A DNA stretch of 64,000 nucleotides from Eledone cirrhosa (lineage: Eukaryota). Location of the stretch: assembly GCA_964016885.1 (NCBI GenBank), contig OZ024744.1, positions 83,638,001 through 83,702,000 on the forward strand, in the 5' to 3' direction. The position numbers and the translations under genes are program-made. Position 1 is the first letter of the stretch. Each line of letters opens with the position of its first letter. Positions 13,177-26,334 of the stretch are shown here, one piece after another. Under the pieces are notes generated by a model. The model had not been told where the DNA came from and did not search any database. It saw nothing but the letters and a program-made list of their open reading frames with translations.

Positions 13177-15055
13177 ATGGAATTCTTTAGGATTTCTTCC
13201 TCTCTAAAAGAACCTAAGAATAAGGAATATCTAACACAACTCATTGTGAAATTTGACTCCTTTATACGAAGACTTAGATGGCGTGCCTTCCATTTCGATA
13301 AAAAATCAGATGAACTTAAAAAATCAGATGAAAAAATAAATAAATCCAATTACAACTTTGATCTTATCTTCAAATCTAACAACAAACTATTAACTGAATT
13401 TGAAATGATGTAATATCTATTATACCAAACATCAAAATCAAGAAAAACCAATTTGTTGGTCAGAAATACATTAAAGGCCTCAAGAATAATATAGACAATC
13501 TTGAAAAAACTGAGAAGATCCTTGTAAAATCTGATAAAACTAATAATCTATATGGAATGCAAAAGGACGAATATAATAACCTCATATTGAAAGAACTTAG
13601 AAAAACTACAAAATAACAACAAATGAAGATCTTTCAACGTTAAATAGAGAAGCTTCTGAAATAATTCATAAATTTGGCATCCAAAATAGGACTGTACCCT
13701 TTATACCTAGAAGACCGAAAATTAACCTGAAAGACCACAAAGAAACTTTGAAATAGAACTACCAGTCAGATTTATAGCATCATCTAAATCAGACTTAGGC
13801 ATAATTAGTAAACATATATTAGATAGAATCATACCGCAACTTAAAGAAAAACCACACCTGAAACTATGGAATGGTACTAATGAAGTTATAGATTGGTTCA
13901 ATAACATAAAATTTAAACATAACAAAAAATTCATTCAAATGGATATTGCAAATTACTACTCTTCTATTACTCCTAGTTAACTTAATATGGCTCTTATCTA
14001 TGCATCTAAACATACAGACCTATCTAGTGATGAAATGCATATAATTCTAACTGCACGGAAAACATTAATAGAATTCAACAATCATCTCTGGACAAGAGCC
14101 GATAGAAAAAATAATTTTGGATCATCTGACTCGGCGCAAATAACGGATCTTGTGGGCTTATTTATTAATAATACACTGCATAGAAAAATGCCAGAGATGA
14201 CCGGTGGTTTATATCGTGATGATATGCTACTTTTAATTGAAAACAATAGAAATTGTGAAATTAATAGGAAAAGAAAATCCATAATACAATTCTTCAATAA
14301 TTATAACCTTAAGTTAGAAATAGAGAATAACTATAAAATCGTTAACTTTTCAAACGTAACATTAAACCTTAGCACAGGGCTCTACTATCCATTCCATAAA
14401 ATTAATGAGAATCTAAATTACGTAAGTTTTAACTCTAATCATCCTAGATCTATTAAGAACACTATTGTCAATAGTGTCCAGCAACGAATTTCACGCATCT
14501 CTGCTCATAAAAATATTTTTGATGATAAGGCTGAATATTATAATGAAGCTTTAAATAGAGCAGGGTATTAGAATAAAATTAAATACATTGACAACAATAA
14601 CATGGCAAATCTCCCTACTATTAATTATAATAAGAATAAACAATTTAACTTAAACTCTAAAACCAGCAAAAGAACTAGAACTAGAAATATTATTTGGACC
14701 GCGCCCCCATTCTCATTAAGCGTTAAAACATCTTTAGCAAAGCTATTATTTAAAGCACTAGACAAATGTTTTCCTAAAGCCCACAGATACCACTCAATCT
14801 TTAACAGACATACTATGAAAACTATCCTACTCTACTACTATGAACATAGCACAAAATATAAATAGAATTAATAATAGAAACTTAAATTTAAACCCTAACC
14901 AAAATAACCATAATAACAATAATAATATTTCTAGCAATATCCAACCTAATAGTACCGTTCCGAGCAACAACAACTCCGTAAAATGTAACTGTAGAATCAA
15001 ATCAAATTGCCCTCTACAAAATAAGTGTTTCGATAAAATTATAGTTTATAAGTAT
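13177..15055 (+). pseudogene. PLE reverse transcriptase, disrupted; endonuclease deleted after the CxCx5C linker
   Basis: FIRRLRWRAFHF, LVKSDKTNNLY, LKDHK, MDIANYYSSI, GSSDSAQITDLVG, GLYRDD, SNHP, IIWTAPPFS, CNCRIKSNCPLQNKC..IVYK. Confidence 0.9.
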
Positions 15056-15109
15056 ATATATAGTTTATAAATATATATATAGTTTATTAAAATATATATA
15101 TATAGATAG

Positions 15110-15208
15110 GAATATTTTCGAAACAGCGAGTGGGTTTGAAATTATTAGAAATGTAAGCTATCGCCGTATTTTCACTAAAGAAATACGGCGATAGCTTACA
15201 TTTCTAAT
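15110..15208. mobile_element. Tiny hairpin insertion related to the tRNA-bearing element at 60551-61048
   Basis: AATATTTTCGAAACAGCGAG..TGTAAGCTATCGCCGTATTT followed by its own reverse complement. Confidence 0.75.
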
Positions 15209-15595
15209 ATATATAGATATTTATATATTATTATAAGATAAATACTTACAAACATAATTCTCCATATACATAATGTAGACAAATGTCTGAATATATTTCC
15301 TCCAAATTAACGTTATAAGTGGTCTTCCTTTTTCTTTTCCTTTTCCTTTTCCATCTTCTTATATTTCCTTCTTTTTTCTTTCTTCTTTCTTTCTCTCTTA
15401 TTATTATATATCTAAACTTTCCATAGCGCTTAAAATAACGGTTTTTCAATAATGTAACTCAACCTTATTTACATATTCATTTGCACATTCATCCATAAGT
15501 TTGAAATATCCGTCCTTTAACCTCACTACCCGAGAAAATTCAACTGATAAGGTATGATTTCCTTGTCTATGTCAAAATATATAAAACACGCTTTG

Positions 15596-15657
15596 TATTT
15601 TATCTGATGAAAGCGTACCAAAGTTTTTGGGGTACGCTTGAAATATATAATAGAATA
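15596..15657 (+). ncRNA. Minimal type I hammerhead ribozyme (family C 3' pLTR)
   Basis: TATTTTAT-CTGATGA-AAGCGTACC..GGTACGCTT-GAAATATATA-ATAGAATA: 8 bp stem I, perfect 9 bp stem II. Confidence 0.8.
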
Positions 15658-15729
15658 AATATGGTTTTATAAATATAGTTTCCATTTATTGAATATTGTT
15701 GTATCTATATATATGTATATATATCTATT

Positions 15730-17192
15730 CAGGTTTGAAGGTTCACCACTGGATAGAGCTGGTCAATTCCGTATGGAAAATATTGATGTAATAATATGGA
15801 GAGTACTCAACGTAAAGCAGCTCAACCGTCTTCGTTTGTGTAGTTTGTGGTGCGAGTACGGATTTAAATATTATAATAAAATAACAGGAGGCTGGACTTG
15901 TGTAAATCCTTGAAAGGTTTATTATACTATGATCATTTCAATGACCGCGTACCGTATGAATCCGGTGATATCATCAGGAATTCGAAATATAATAAATGAA
16001 TATAACAGATAAAATCCATGGGACTGAAAATCATAGACCCGAGGACGACCGACAAATAAATTTCCCCTTCTTTCGGTAAATGAAATTACTCGGAGCGGGT
16101 GATTCGCCCCGGGGCCCGCCGCGCAGCCGTTTTTTGACCGCCATTTAGTACCTTTAAATTCTAGGCCTAATCATAACTATTAGCTGTATCATGCCTCCCT
16201 CTACTGAAACAAATCCCCCTTCTGTGTAAATTAATAGTACTCGTTTGGTATAACGATGGCCTAACGACGATGGCTGACTTCCCACTAGCACACCTGAAGC
16301 CTAGAATACATTCCTAGAGTGCTTGGAAAAATTGATTTCCATATCTTACGCTAGGCGATCTCACTCGGAATGGCTGACACGTGGTTAGGATGGGCTGGCC
16401 GGAGTCTGCAGTCGCCGCATGCTGTTTGACTGCTAAACAAAGACATAATCTTTACTCTACATCCCACTCGGATAACTTATAGAGGATCTCTAAAATACAA
16501 TTAAAGTTTATTCATAAAAGACTCTTTCTTTAATTAAACCTCGCAACCCCAAAAATTAAAAAAAATGTTTAAACTGTTTAATTTTCAATTTTATAATTTT
16601 TTAATTTTATAATATTAATCTTTCATTTTTTTCACTTCATCCTATAAATCTAAACAAAAATTTAACGTTCCAATCTTCTGCTCACACATTATACCATGTA
16701 GACCCCCACTATATATACCTCTGTTATAATATATACCTCTGTTAAGATACGGGTCCTTTAGAAGAACTTTTCTCGCGGCAATTCCAGGCCTGACAGTAGC
16801 ATGACATTAATACTGACCTTTCTTCCTCTTTCTTTTTTCTTGTAGCATTACATTAACGCTGACTTTTCTTCTTCTTCCTTTCTGTTTTTCTCCTCTTTGA
16901 CTGGGAGGTTAGCAGCACACTATAATCTTTAGCCCCTCACCAGATAGCCTGAAGTAGGCCGAATGGGCAGCACTTGAGGGCAACCGGCTAAAGTGGAAGA
17001 TGCTAGATGGTCGGTCGTCCTCGGGTCTATGATTTTCAGCCCCATGGATTTTATCTGTACATTCATTTATATATTTCGAATACATGATGATATGACCGGA
17101 TTCATACGGAACCCGGTCATTGAAATGAACAGAGTATAATAAACCTTTCAAGGATTTACACAAGTCCAGCCTTCTGTTATTTTATTATAATA
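15730..17192 (-). mobile_element. Non-coding PLE-type element with ~185 bp inverted pLTRs (15870-16052 / 17008-17192) and left tail
   Basis: Inverted repeats carrying hammerhead cores at 15936-15977(-) and 17084-17125(+, decayed); stem II ATGACCGG/CCGGTCAT, stem III ATGATCAT. Confidence 0.75.
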
Positions 17193-17255
<63 letters not shown>

Positions 17256-17256
<1 letters not shown>

Positions 17257-17650
17257 CATAAAAACGATAAATCAGTGATGCATCTGGACTCAGTTTATTG
17301 CGTGTTACAATTGTTTCGCCGGCAGGTAGCTCGAGACATGATCACTGTATGGATCTAGCTGATTCTATGGCTGCAGGTTCCTTCGGACACGAGCAAATCG
17401 TCCGGAGAAAATTTCCTCCGAACGAATTGCCCGTGTCCGAAGGAACCTGCAGCCGTAGAATCAGCCAGATCCATACAGTATTCATGTCTCGAGTTACCTG
17501 CCGGCGAAACAATTGTAGCATGCAATAAACTGACTCCAGATGCATCACCTATTTTTCGTTTTTATACTATCCACACTCTGCTCTGTATGAATATTGAGTG
17601 CTAATTTTGGCATACCGCCTATGGAAGCACCATAGCTACCATTATACACA
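17256..17650. mobile_element. Family F hairpin (arms ~150 bp, centre ~17411) with right tail
   Basis: Arms are reverse complements; (TA)n flanks. Confidence 0.8.
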
Positions 17651-17804
17651 CGTATATATATATATATATAAATATATATATTTATATATATATATTTATG
17701 CCCTTTACTCTTTTCATTGTTCTTATGGTTTTCAAAAGGAGATGGAGAGTTTGTGGTTTGTCTCTCTCTTTTTACACACACACACACACACACACGCACA
17801 CACA

Positions 17805-17929
<125 letters not shown>

Positions 17930-18706
17930 TTATATATGTGCGTGTGTGGGGTCTTCGCGTATATATGTGTATGTATATTTTCCCAAAATTGGTTTACTGA
18001 AAATAGACGTGTTTTTCTGAAAATAAATTTCCGGTTCTCCCGCTTCTCACTCTTTATCTTTCAAATTCTTCTATTATTTTTAATTCTATCTTCAGATGAA
18101 GGATTAGCGTCAGAAACGTTATAACTCTTATATCAAGCGTTACACCAATATATAACATTATTGTAATGTATTATTTGCTTTGTTGTTTTCCGTTTACTTT
18201 TAGCATGCGTATATATGCATATCTGTTAGACACGCAGTGACTAACAACAGAATGTTTTAAGTCTGACATACATGCGTAGCTTGTGAATAAACATTTCAAG
18301 GGTTATCGCTGGCCGTGGTGATGCCTCCCAAATATCTTTTGTAAAGTATCGTCTTATTGGCTAATTTCATCGTCTTAATGGCTAATCAACCAACGAGAGT
18401 AATTGTTGCTCAAAAGCATCCGCCACTTTGTTTCCACGTTTATTTATCGTTTCGCTTTCGTCGTTTTATCATCAAAATATTTTTCTCGTTTTGGTAAGTT
18501 ATATTGTTAATTTATATATTATTTTTTAAATTTATATTAACTATTAAAATCTGAAAATATTTTTCATACATCTTACAATAATATTTATAAGATCATTTAT
18601 AAAATAACAATTATATAATCTAATTATATTACAACGATAATTTATTATTAATATATATCATGTTTAACTAGAGTTATTACAAGCGTTGCCTTAAAAAAAT
18701 ATTAAA

Positions 18707-19137
18707 CTAGACCTGAAAAATGCGCAAGCACAAAAGAGCCACAGAATGTTATAATATACCTTCAAAAGTGTGGGACTAAAATTGTTGCTAAAAAATATTG
18801 TAATCATTATCTATCGTACACTCTGTGGCATCCTTTCCATAACGAACTCAAGACGACACGATCATTATTTAAATGAATTTATAATATAGAATTCGGTTTA
18901 AATACATTTTGTATTAATCATTACTAAACATCTAATATGAGATATTGAACATTAGCTTAAATAATTATCGTGTCGAATTGAGTTCGTTATGAGTCTCTTT
19001 TTTATAAAAGGATGCCACAGAGTGTACGATAGATAATGATTACAATATTTTTGAGCAACAACTCTAGTCCCACACTTTTGAAGGTTTATTATAACATTCT
19101 GTGGCTCTTTTGAGCTTGCGTATTTTTCAGGTCTAGT
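18707..19137. repeat. Inverted repeat pair (18707-18872 / 18957-19137)
   Basis: ACTAGACCTGAAAAAT...CGACACGAT vs ATCGTGTCG...ATTTTTCAGGTCTAGT. Confidence 0.8.
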
Positions 19138-19764
19138 ATATATATGGTTAACAACATCCTAAACATCAATAACACAAAGGAATATATTAACTGTAATAGC
19201 AAGAACATGGTATTTTTAAACCTAAAGATTAATCCTAAATGTATTTTCATACCACTTTAATATTGACTTTGAAAATTCAATTTTTAATTTTAGGTTCATA
19301 TGAGCAATATCTCAAATAGAAACTAAATCAATAGTAATTCGCTATAATATTTTTTTTATTACACTTTACAACACTTAGTACTGTAAACCATCACGCATTT
19401 ACATTTTTCTTCCTGTTTCTACTTGTTTATTTGTTGCTCTTATATTATTTACTTTCAGTCATAAAATATATTTCTTGCTTGATATCTCTTTTTTTAATTT
19501 TTACTTCCCGTCATTGCTTTATTTTCATAATTTCTCGAAATCATTTACTTCTCTATCCTCTACTTCCTAAATATTTCCACTATAATTTTCTCAATCTTAC
19601 TCTTTACAATTGACTCTGAATATCGTTTCGTCTTTATCCTTTATCCTATTTCTGACTTTTCCCTATACTTTTAACACATTTTCCCCCATTTTCTCCTCCT
19701 TTCTGTCGTCCTCGAATCATACACACACACAAACACACACACATATATATATATGTAAAAATAA

Positions 19765-20240
19765 TTTGTATCTCCAAAGAAATACGGTTTTAGGAAGCCG
19801 TAGCTATGCAAGCACCGAGGGGGGGGGGCTAATGCTCTCTGGTGATGTCCAGCAGAAGCAAGGGCGACAACCGTCTATGCATTTCAGGCTTAACTGGCCT
19901 TCGTCAGGACGGTCCCTGCCACCGCTTGCGACTGCTGGGCTAGAAGACAGGCGAGAATATATATTTTTCTCGTCTGTGTAAATGAGGTGATTAATCTCAT
20001 TTCCATATGAACCTGCATAAGTTGGCTCAACTTATAATAAAAAAGAAATAGGATTTCGCTTCAAGCATAGCTTTATACAATATGTACAAATATTTCGTAT
20101 CGCCAAAGAAATACGGTTTTAGGAAGCTGTAGCTATGCAAACACCGGGGGGAGGGGGGTAACGGCCTCTGGTGATGTCCAGCAGAAGCAAGGGGGACAAC
20201 CGTCTATGCATTTCAGGCTTAACTGGCCTTCGTCAGGCTT
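19765..20240 (-). mobile_element. Family H 1.4-mer tandem of a 329 bp hammerhead-containing unit (remnant also at 30590-30715)
   Basis: Direct repeat 19768-19908 / 20097-20237; cores at 19901 and 20230. Confidence 0.75.
19870..19913 (-). ncRNA. Textbook minimal type I hammerhead ribozyme
   Basis: Minus strand ACCGTC-CTGACGA-AGGC-CAGTTAA-GCCT-GAAATGCATA-GACGGT. Confidence 0.85.
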
Positions 20241-20656
20241 AACTGGACAACTAACCCGGCCGACTAACTCACTCGATATGCAAATTAGGCTGCTCAGCCG
20301 TTAACGTTAAAGGAAAGTATACTTTCAAACGTTTAATCGACTGACAGGAAGGTATACGGGGCTGATAACAGATAATAAGCTAGAAACTAGTTCATCGTTC
20401 CTTTGTCAGTGTTGAACAAAGGGGCAACGATGGTTGCCGAACACTGTACGGCTAATAATTGGGGCAGTTTGATTACAAACAAACAGAGCATAATAATAAA
20501 TGTTCGTTAAACCCATACGTACATATATATATTTGTGCATGTATGTATGAATATACATACTACTGTACGTCTGTATACATATATGTATGCACGTATACAT
20601 ACATATATTTAAGTATAAGCCGTACTAAAAGTGAGAAATGAAATTTCATTTGTTCC

Positions 20657-20761
<105 letters not shown>

Positions 20762-20798
20762 TAAATAGGATAAATATATATATATATATATATATATA

Positions 20799-21394
<596 letters not shown>

Positions 21395-21438
21395 GTATAT
21401 ATGTATATATATATATATGTATATATGTATATATATAT

Positions 21439-23832
21439 AGTTTTGCGAGGTTTTTTATATGAAATCGTGTGTCGAAACAGATATTGTTATATTTGGGGAG
21501 GGTCATATTTGCGTAATATTGCCAGAATTAATAACAGAACACACTCACTGTTTGGTTGGTTTTCGCTTCTCGCTGTCTTTTATATATATATATCTGCGAT
21601 CTAACTTACTCGGTCCTCAATGTTGCCATTGACTGACCGGCGGTCAAAAATAATACAGATACAATATAGACAAACACATATATATATAGTTTACATAAAT
21701 CTTTCGTTGCACATCTGCAACATCGTCAGTGGTGTTATATTCATTGTTCCTCCTGTTGTGTTGTATGTCTACGCCATTTTTTTTTTTTTTGTTCAGTCTG
21801 TCTATATATTTATTTATTTATTTGCTTGTTTGTTTATCTTATTTTATTTTGTCTTCTTTGCGCATGCGTTTGCGTGTGTGTATAGTGTTATGTGTGATGT
21901 GTGACTAGTGTGTATAGTGTTGTGTCTGCTGGGTGACTAGTGTGTGTTTATGTGCTTGTGTATGTATTTATTTATCTTATTTTATTTAATTTAATTTACT
22001 TATTTATTTATACTTCTCTTAGGTCAGTGTTGTTTGTTTGGGTGTTGTTGTTGTTCCACTCATTCTTTCTGTTTAGCTTTGGTCTTCTAATTTCTATTTC
22101 ACTGGCCTCTCTGATTTGCCTATCTGCTGGGTCATTCCTATGTTTAGATATTATTCTAATTTCTATGTTGTCTATGTTACCGTCATGATGTTGTCTAGCA
22201 TGTTCGTATAGTACTGACCCGTTTTTTCGTCCTTTTAGTTCCCCCCAGTGTTGGTCTATCCTTTCACCTATGCTACGAGCTGTCTCACCTATGTATGTTG
22301 TTGTCGTGTTTCTGCAAGTACCCTCTGTACATCTTATGCTATAGACTACGTTTCTAGTTTTACAGTTTATCCGGGGGTTCACCTTACATATGATACATTT
22401 CCTATTGGTACAGTGGGTTTTCTTAAAAGGGTAGGTTTTGCTGATCAGGGATTTTATGGTGGTTCCTGGCTTTTCTACCACCTTTATTTTTAAGTGGGTC
22501 TTTCTCAGGGCCTTTCTACACTGGTTAGCTAATTTCCCTCCAGGGGTGGCGTCCACAAACATGACACTCTGATATCTCTGGTTGTCGTACCATGATGTGG
22601 CCTTCCCTATCTTATGTCTAGCCCTATCTAAGCTATTCCATGATTTGCTCCTGTATAGTGGGCAAATTCCTTTCATGTCCAGTTCTATGAGGGTCTTATA
22701 CTTTTCCATGGCTCCTTCGTATACTCTGACTCTGTCTCTTTGGTTGTAGCCAGAGAACTGCATGCGGTTGATGAAGTGTTGGATGTGTCCTTCCATTTCT
22801 GTTGGGTCGCACATGCTGGACACATTCTTCATCACTCGTACCAAATCTGCGATCAGAATATTAAACTTAGCACTACTGGACATTGCTGAGTTTTTGAGTA
22901 TCAGGTATTTGGAGGCCATGGGTTTAGCATAGTGTGAGTGGAGAATTTGGGCTCTCTCGTCTATAGTGTTAATCCAGAGTTCTGTGTCTAATACAGGTAG
23001 TCTATTGTTAGGGTGTTTGGAAGGGAAGTCTATAGTTACAGTTATACTCTGGTGTATGGAATTAGCTATCTGCTGGATGCTTTCCATCGTGCTACGTTCT
23101 AAATCAAACTTGTTAGTGCTCTCTAGTGGGGGTGTTCTTATAACTATATTGATATCGTCTACATAACGAGAGTACATGATGAGGTCTATGGAGCTTTCAT
23201 TAAGGAGATCTTTAAGTCTCCTTTCCCACCATACCATGAAAAGGTTGGCAACATCGCCAGCTATGCTGACGCCGATGGATGCTCCCTCATTTTGGGTGTA
23301 GATTTTCTCATTGAACTTAAATATGTGGCCCTTTAGGGTAGTTTTGATACTAGCCCCTATTGCATGTGCGACCATTTTTCTTACCTGATCAGTGTTTTGG
23401 GGGGTCCGTATAGCTTTGGTCCACCCAATCCACCTTCCTATGGGAGTCTTTTTAGCCATTGAGGTTATGGTGGGGGGTCTACCTCTTATAGGTCTACTAG
23501 GGCAGAAACATCTAAGGTCATGGCTGTCACAAAAAAAAAAAAAATGGCGTAGACATACAACACAACAGGAGGAACAATGAATATAACACCACTGACGATG
23601 TTGCAGATGTGCAACGAAAGATTTATGTAAACTATATATATATGTGTTTGTCTATATTGTATCTGTATTATTTTTGACCGCCGGTCAGTCAATGGCAACA
23701 TTGAGGACCGAGTAAGTTAGATCGCAGATATATATATATAAAAGACAGCGAGAAGCGAAAACCAACCAAACAGTGAGTGTGTTCTGTTATTAATTCTGGC
23801 AATATTACGCAAATATGACCCTCCCCAAATAT

Positions 23833-23838
<6 letters not shown>
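21439..23838 (-). mobile_element. Young 5'-truncated Penelope-like element family A with inverted 5' pLTR
   Basis: 3' pLTR+tail 21439-~22005, ORF, inverted pLTR ~23530-23838; both pLTRs give the same 58-aa spurious translation in the ORF track; (TA)n flanks. Confidence 0.92.
22008..23528 (-). CDS. PLE RT (C-terminal half) + Cys linker + GIY-YIG endonuclease; open up to the truncation junction
   Basis: QNEGASIG, YSRYVDDI, LPVLD, YAKPMAS, CTNRKCIIC, VVYSIRC..YIGETARSIGERIDQH, RQIREASEI..PKLNRKNEW; frame continues upstream of M23459 (DLRCFCPSRPIRGRPPTITS). Confidence 0.92.
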   Translation of the reverse strand, partial: DSHDLRCFCPSRPIRGRPPTITSMAKKTPIGRWIGWTKAIRTPQNTDQVRKMVAHAIGASIKTTLKGHIFKFNEKIYTQNEGASIGVSIAGDVANLFMVWWERRLKDLLNESSIDLIMYSRYVDDINIVIRTPPLESTNKFDLERSTMESIQQIANSIHQSITVTIDFPSKHPNNRLPVLDTELWINTIDERAQILHSHYAKPMASKYLILKNSAMSSSAKFNILIADLVRVMKNVSSMCDPTEMEGHIQHFINRMQFSGYNQRDRVRVYEGAMEKYKTLIELDMKGICPLYRSKSWNSLDRARHKIGKATSWYDNQRYQSVMFVDATPGGKLANQCRKALRKTHLKIKVVEKPGTTIKSLISKTYPFKKTHCTNRKCIICKVNPRINCKTRNVVYSIRCTEGTCRNTTTTYIGETARSIGERIDQHWGELKGRKNGSVLYEHARQHHDGNIDNIEIRIISKHRNDPADRQIREASEIEIRRPKLNRKNEWNNNNTQTNNTDLREV

Positions 23839-23889
<51 letters not shown>

Positions 23890-24019
23890 AAAGTTCTCTT
23901 TCTCCCTCCTTCTCTCTCTCCGTCTTTTTTCTTTCTTTCTCTCCGTCTTTTTCTAATTGTGCTTAACACTATGACTAATAAAATAATATAAACATTTCAC
24001 TATCCAGAGAGCTTCCAAA

Positions 24020-24183
24020 AATAATGGTTGCATTTAATAGGGTACGTCAAAATTATTTATAAAACTGTTTATATATTGTATTTTGTCTGATGAAGGCGTA
24101 CCATATTTTAATTTGGTATCCCTGAAATATGTATAATGCAATAAATATGGTTTTATAAATATAGTTTCCATTTATTAATATCG

Positions 24184-24185
<2 letters not shown>
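24020..24185 (+). mobile_element. Family C pLTR fragment with hammerhead core 24087-24127
   Basis: CTGATGA-AGGCGTACCA..TGGTATCCCT-GAAATATGTATA. Confidence 0.75.
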
Positions 24186-24258
<73 letters not shown>

Positions 24259-24391
24259 GTGAGGTTATCTTTTACAAAATGAAAAATAACCGAGGTGTCC
24301 TACACGAGTGAAAGTATAAAGAAAAAGAGATGAAATCGAAAATGCAACTGGAGTCTTATTTTAAAAAAAATATATATATATTTATTTGGTT

Positions 24392-24429
24392 CCTTTACCG
24401 GTTTCGCAGTTCTTCTGCTTTTCAAAAGG
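24392..24429 (-). ncRNA. Hammerhead ribozyme with U3-A8 core variant
   Basis: Minus strand CCTT-TTGAAAA-GCAG-AAGAA-CTGC-GAAACCGGTA-AAGG. Confidence 0.55.
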
Positions 24430-24691
24430 TGAGTTGAGATGGAGGGTCTGTGGTTTTTCTCACATCTGGTTGGTCTCTGAATGTTACTTGTTTATATGGA
24501 AAAAGTGGCTCGAAAATGCCAGGTTTTTCGAGAAGTAATTTGATTGGTTTATCAATAATTATAATAAATTTCGCGCCAGTTCGCGTTACAATAGTTCTTC
24601 AAATAAGAGGGGGGGGGTGTCACAGGTTGTTTTTTCATATATGAGTGTTTGAATTTCTTTTTACTTGAAAAAAGGAGGCTCACGAAGGCTT

Positions 24692-24744
<53 letters not shown>

Positions 24745-25000
24745 ATTTATATATATATATACATATATATATACATATATACACATATACATATATATAT
24801 GTATATATATGTATATATTTCTACCACTCTTGCTGCCAATTTTTTCGTCGTATACAAAAACAGACACAAACAAACTTATATACAAATTCACTACATTCTA
24901 GTCTTTATTTTTATAATGAGAGCCGTCATTCCCCTGACAGGGCATGCGCATTTAAAACAATAAATACTATGTGAAGTAAAATTAGACACACAAATACCAA

Positions 25001-25070
<70 letters not shown>

Positions 25071-25848
25071 TCAAACATCCCACCGCACCCACGCAAAATT
25101 TAAAATGTAATAACACAAATTAAAATAAAATAAAATAAAATAGTACATAATGAAATAAATAAATATTAAAACAACAAAAAGATAATTCAGAAAATAAGTA
25201 TTAAAATAATGACAATGCCAAGTGAAAATCCCAAAGAAAATATTGCTATTTCCACACACCACATCACGGCACGCTGAAGATTAGATGCTAAATTTCTATT
25301 CAAAGTCTACTAATAACATAGTTTTTGGCATATTATTGCCGTAATAATATCTAATGCTTATTCTCCAAAATATTTGACGGATATCGAGTGCTACTTATCT
25401 TTATTTTAGTTATTTAAATAGGCATTAATCATTCTATACGTTTACATGTGTGAAACTACGTGTGAGTATACCCGTATGCATGTGTTTGATTATGAATAGT
25501 CTGATTTGATTTAAATGTGTGCTTCAGTGCATTTGTGCATATATGTGTATGTGTGTGTGTGTGTGTGTATGTGTATGGATGAATGAATATATGTATATAT
25601 GTATACGTGTATGTACATATGTATGTATGTATGTATGTGTGTATGTATGTATGTATATATGTATGTACGTGTGTATGTATGTATGGATGATTGTATGTAT
25701 GTATATATGAATGTATGTATATATGTATGTACGTATGTACATATGTGTGTATGTACATATGTGTGTATTAATGTATGTGTGTATATGTGTTTATATATCT
25801 ATATCTATCTATATATATATATATATCTATATATATATATATGTATAC

Positions 25849-25879
<31 letters not shown>

Positions 25880-26074
25880 TATGTGTATATATATATATGT
25901 ATATATGTATATATATATATATGTATATATGTATGTATGTGTATATGTGAGTGTGTATGTGTCCGTATGTGTGAGCGTTTGTGTATATGGTTTAATTATG
26001 AGAAATTATATTAGTGATTGGCAAGTATCTGAGACTGTCAAACACAGTTTCAAGTATGACGAGTGTGTATGTAC

Positions 26075-26162
<88 letters not shown>

Positions 26163-26263
26163 TTACGTGGGTGACTGGATACACACATAGATGTGTTTTT
26201 TCTACGTGTTAGCATATGAGCACCTTAAATTTTGTGTGAATATGTATATGTGTGTTTTATATT

Positions 26264-26300
<37 letters not shown>

Positions 26301-26334
26301 AAAGTGTACGTATGCATAAATGTATGATGACCTA

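Larger units (their letters stand above)
12455..15690 (+). mobile_element. Penelope-like element family C with direct pLTRs (12455-13030, 15209-15690)
   Basis: Two ~0.5 kb direct repeats, each with a hammerhead, flank a disrupted RT ORF. Confidence 0.9.

Noticed and set aside
18093-18121. CAGATGA..GAAACGTT (related motif at ~59795-59828)
   Set aside because: Probably a decayed hammerhead family, but both copies have several core changes; not called as a ribozyme.
21620-23701. Repeated small ORF MLPLTDRRSKIIQIQY...
   Set aside because: Antisense reading of family A pLTRs; length varies and it has no protein features.
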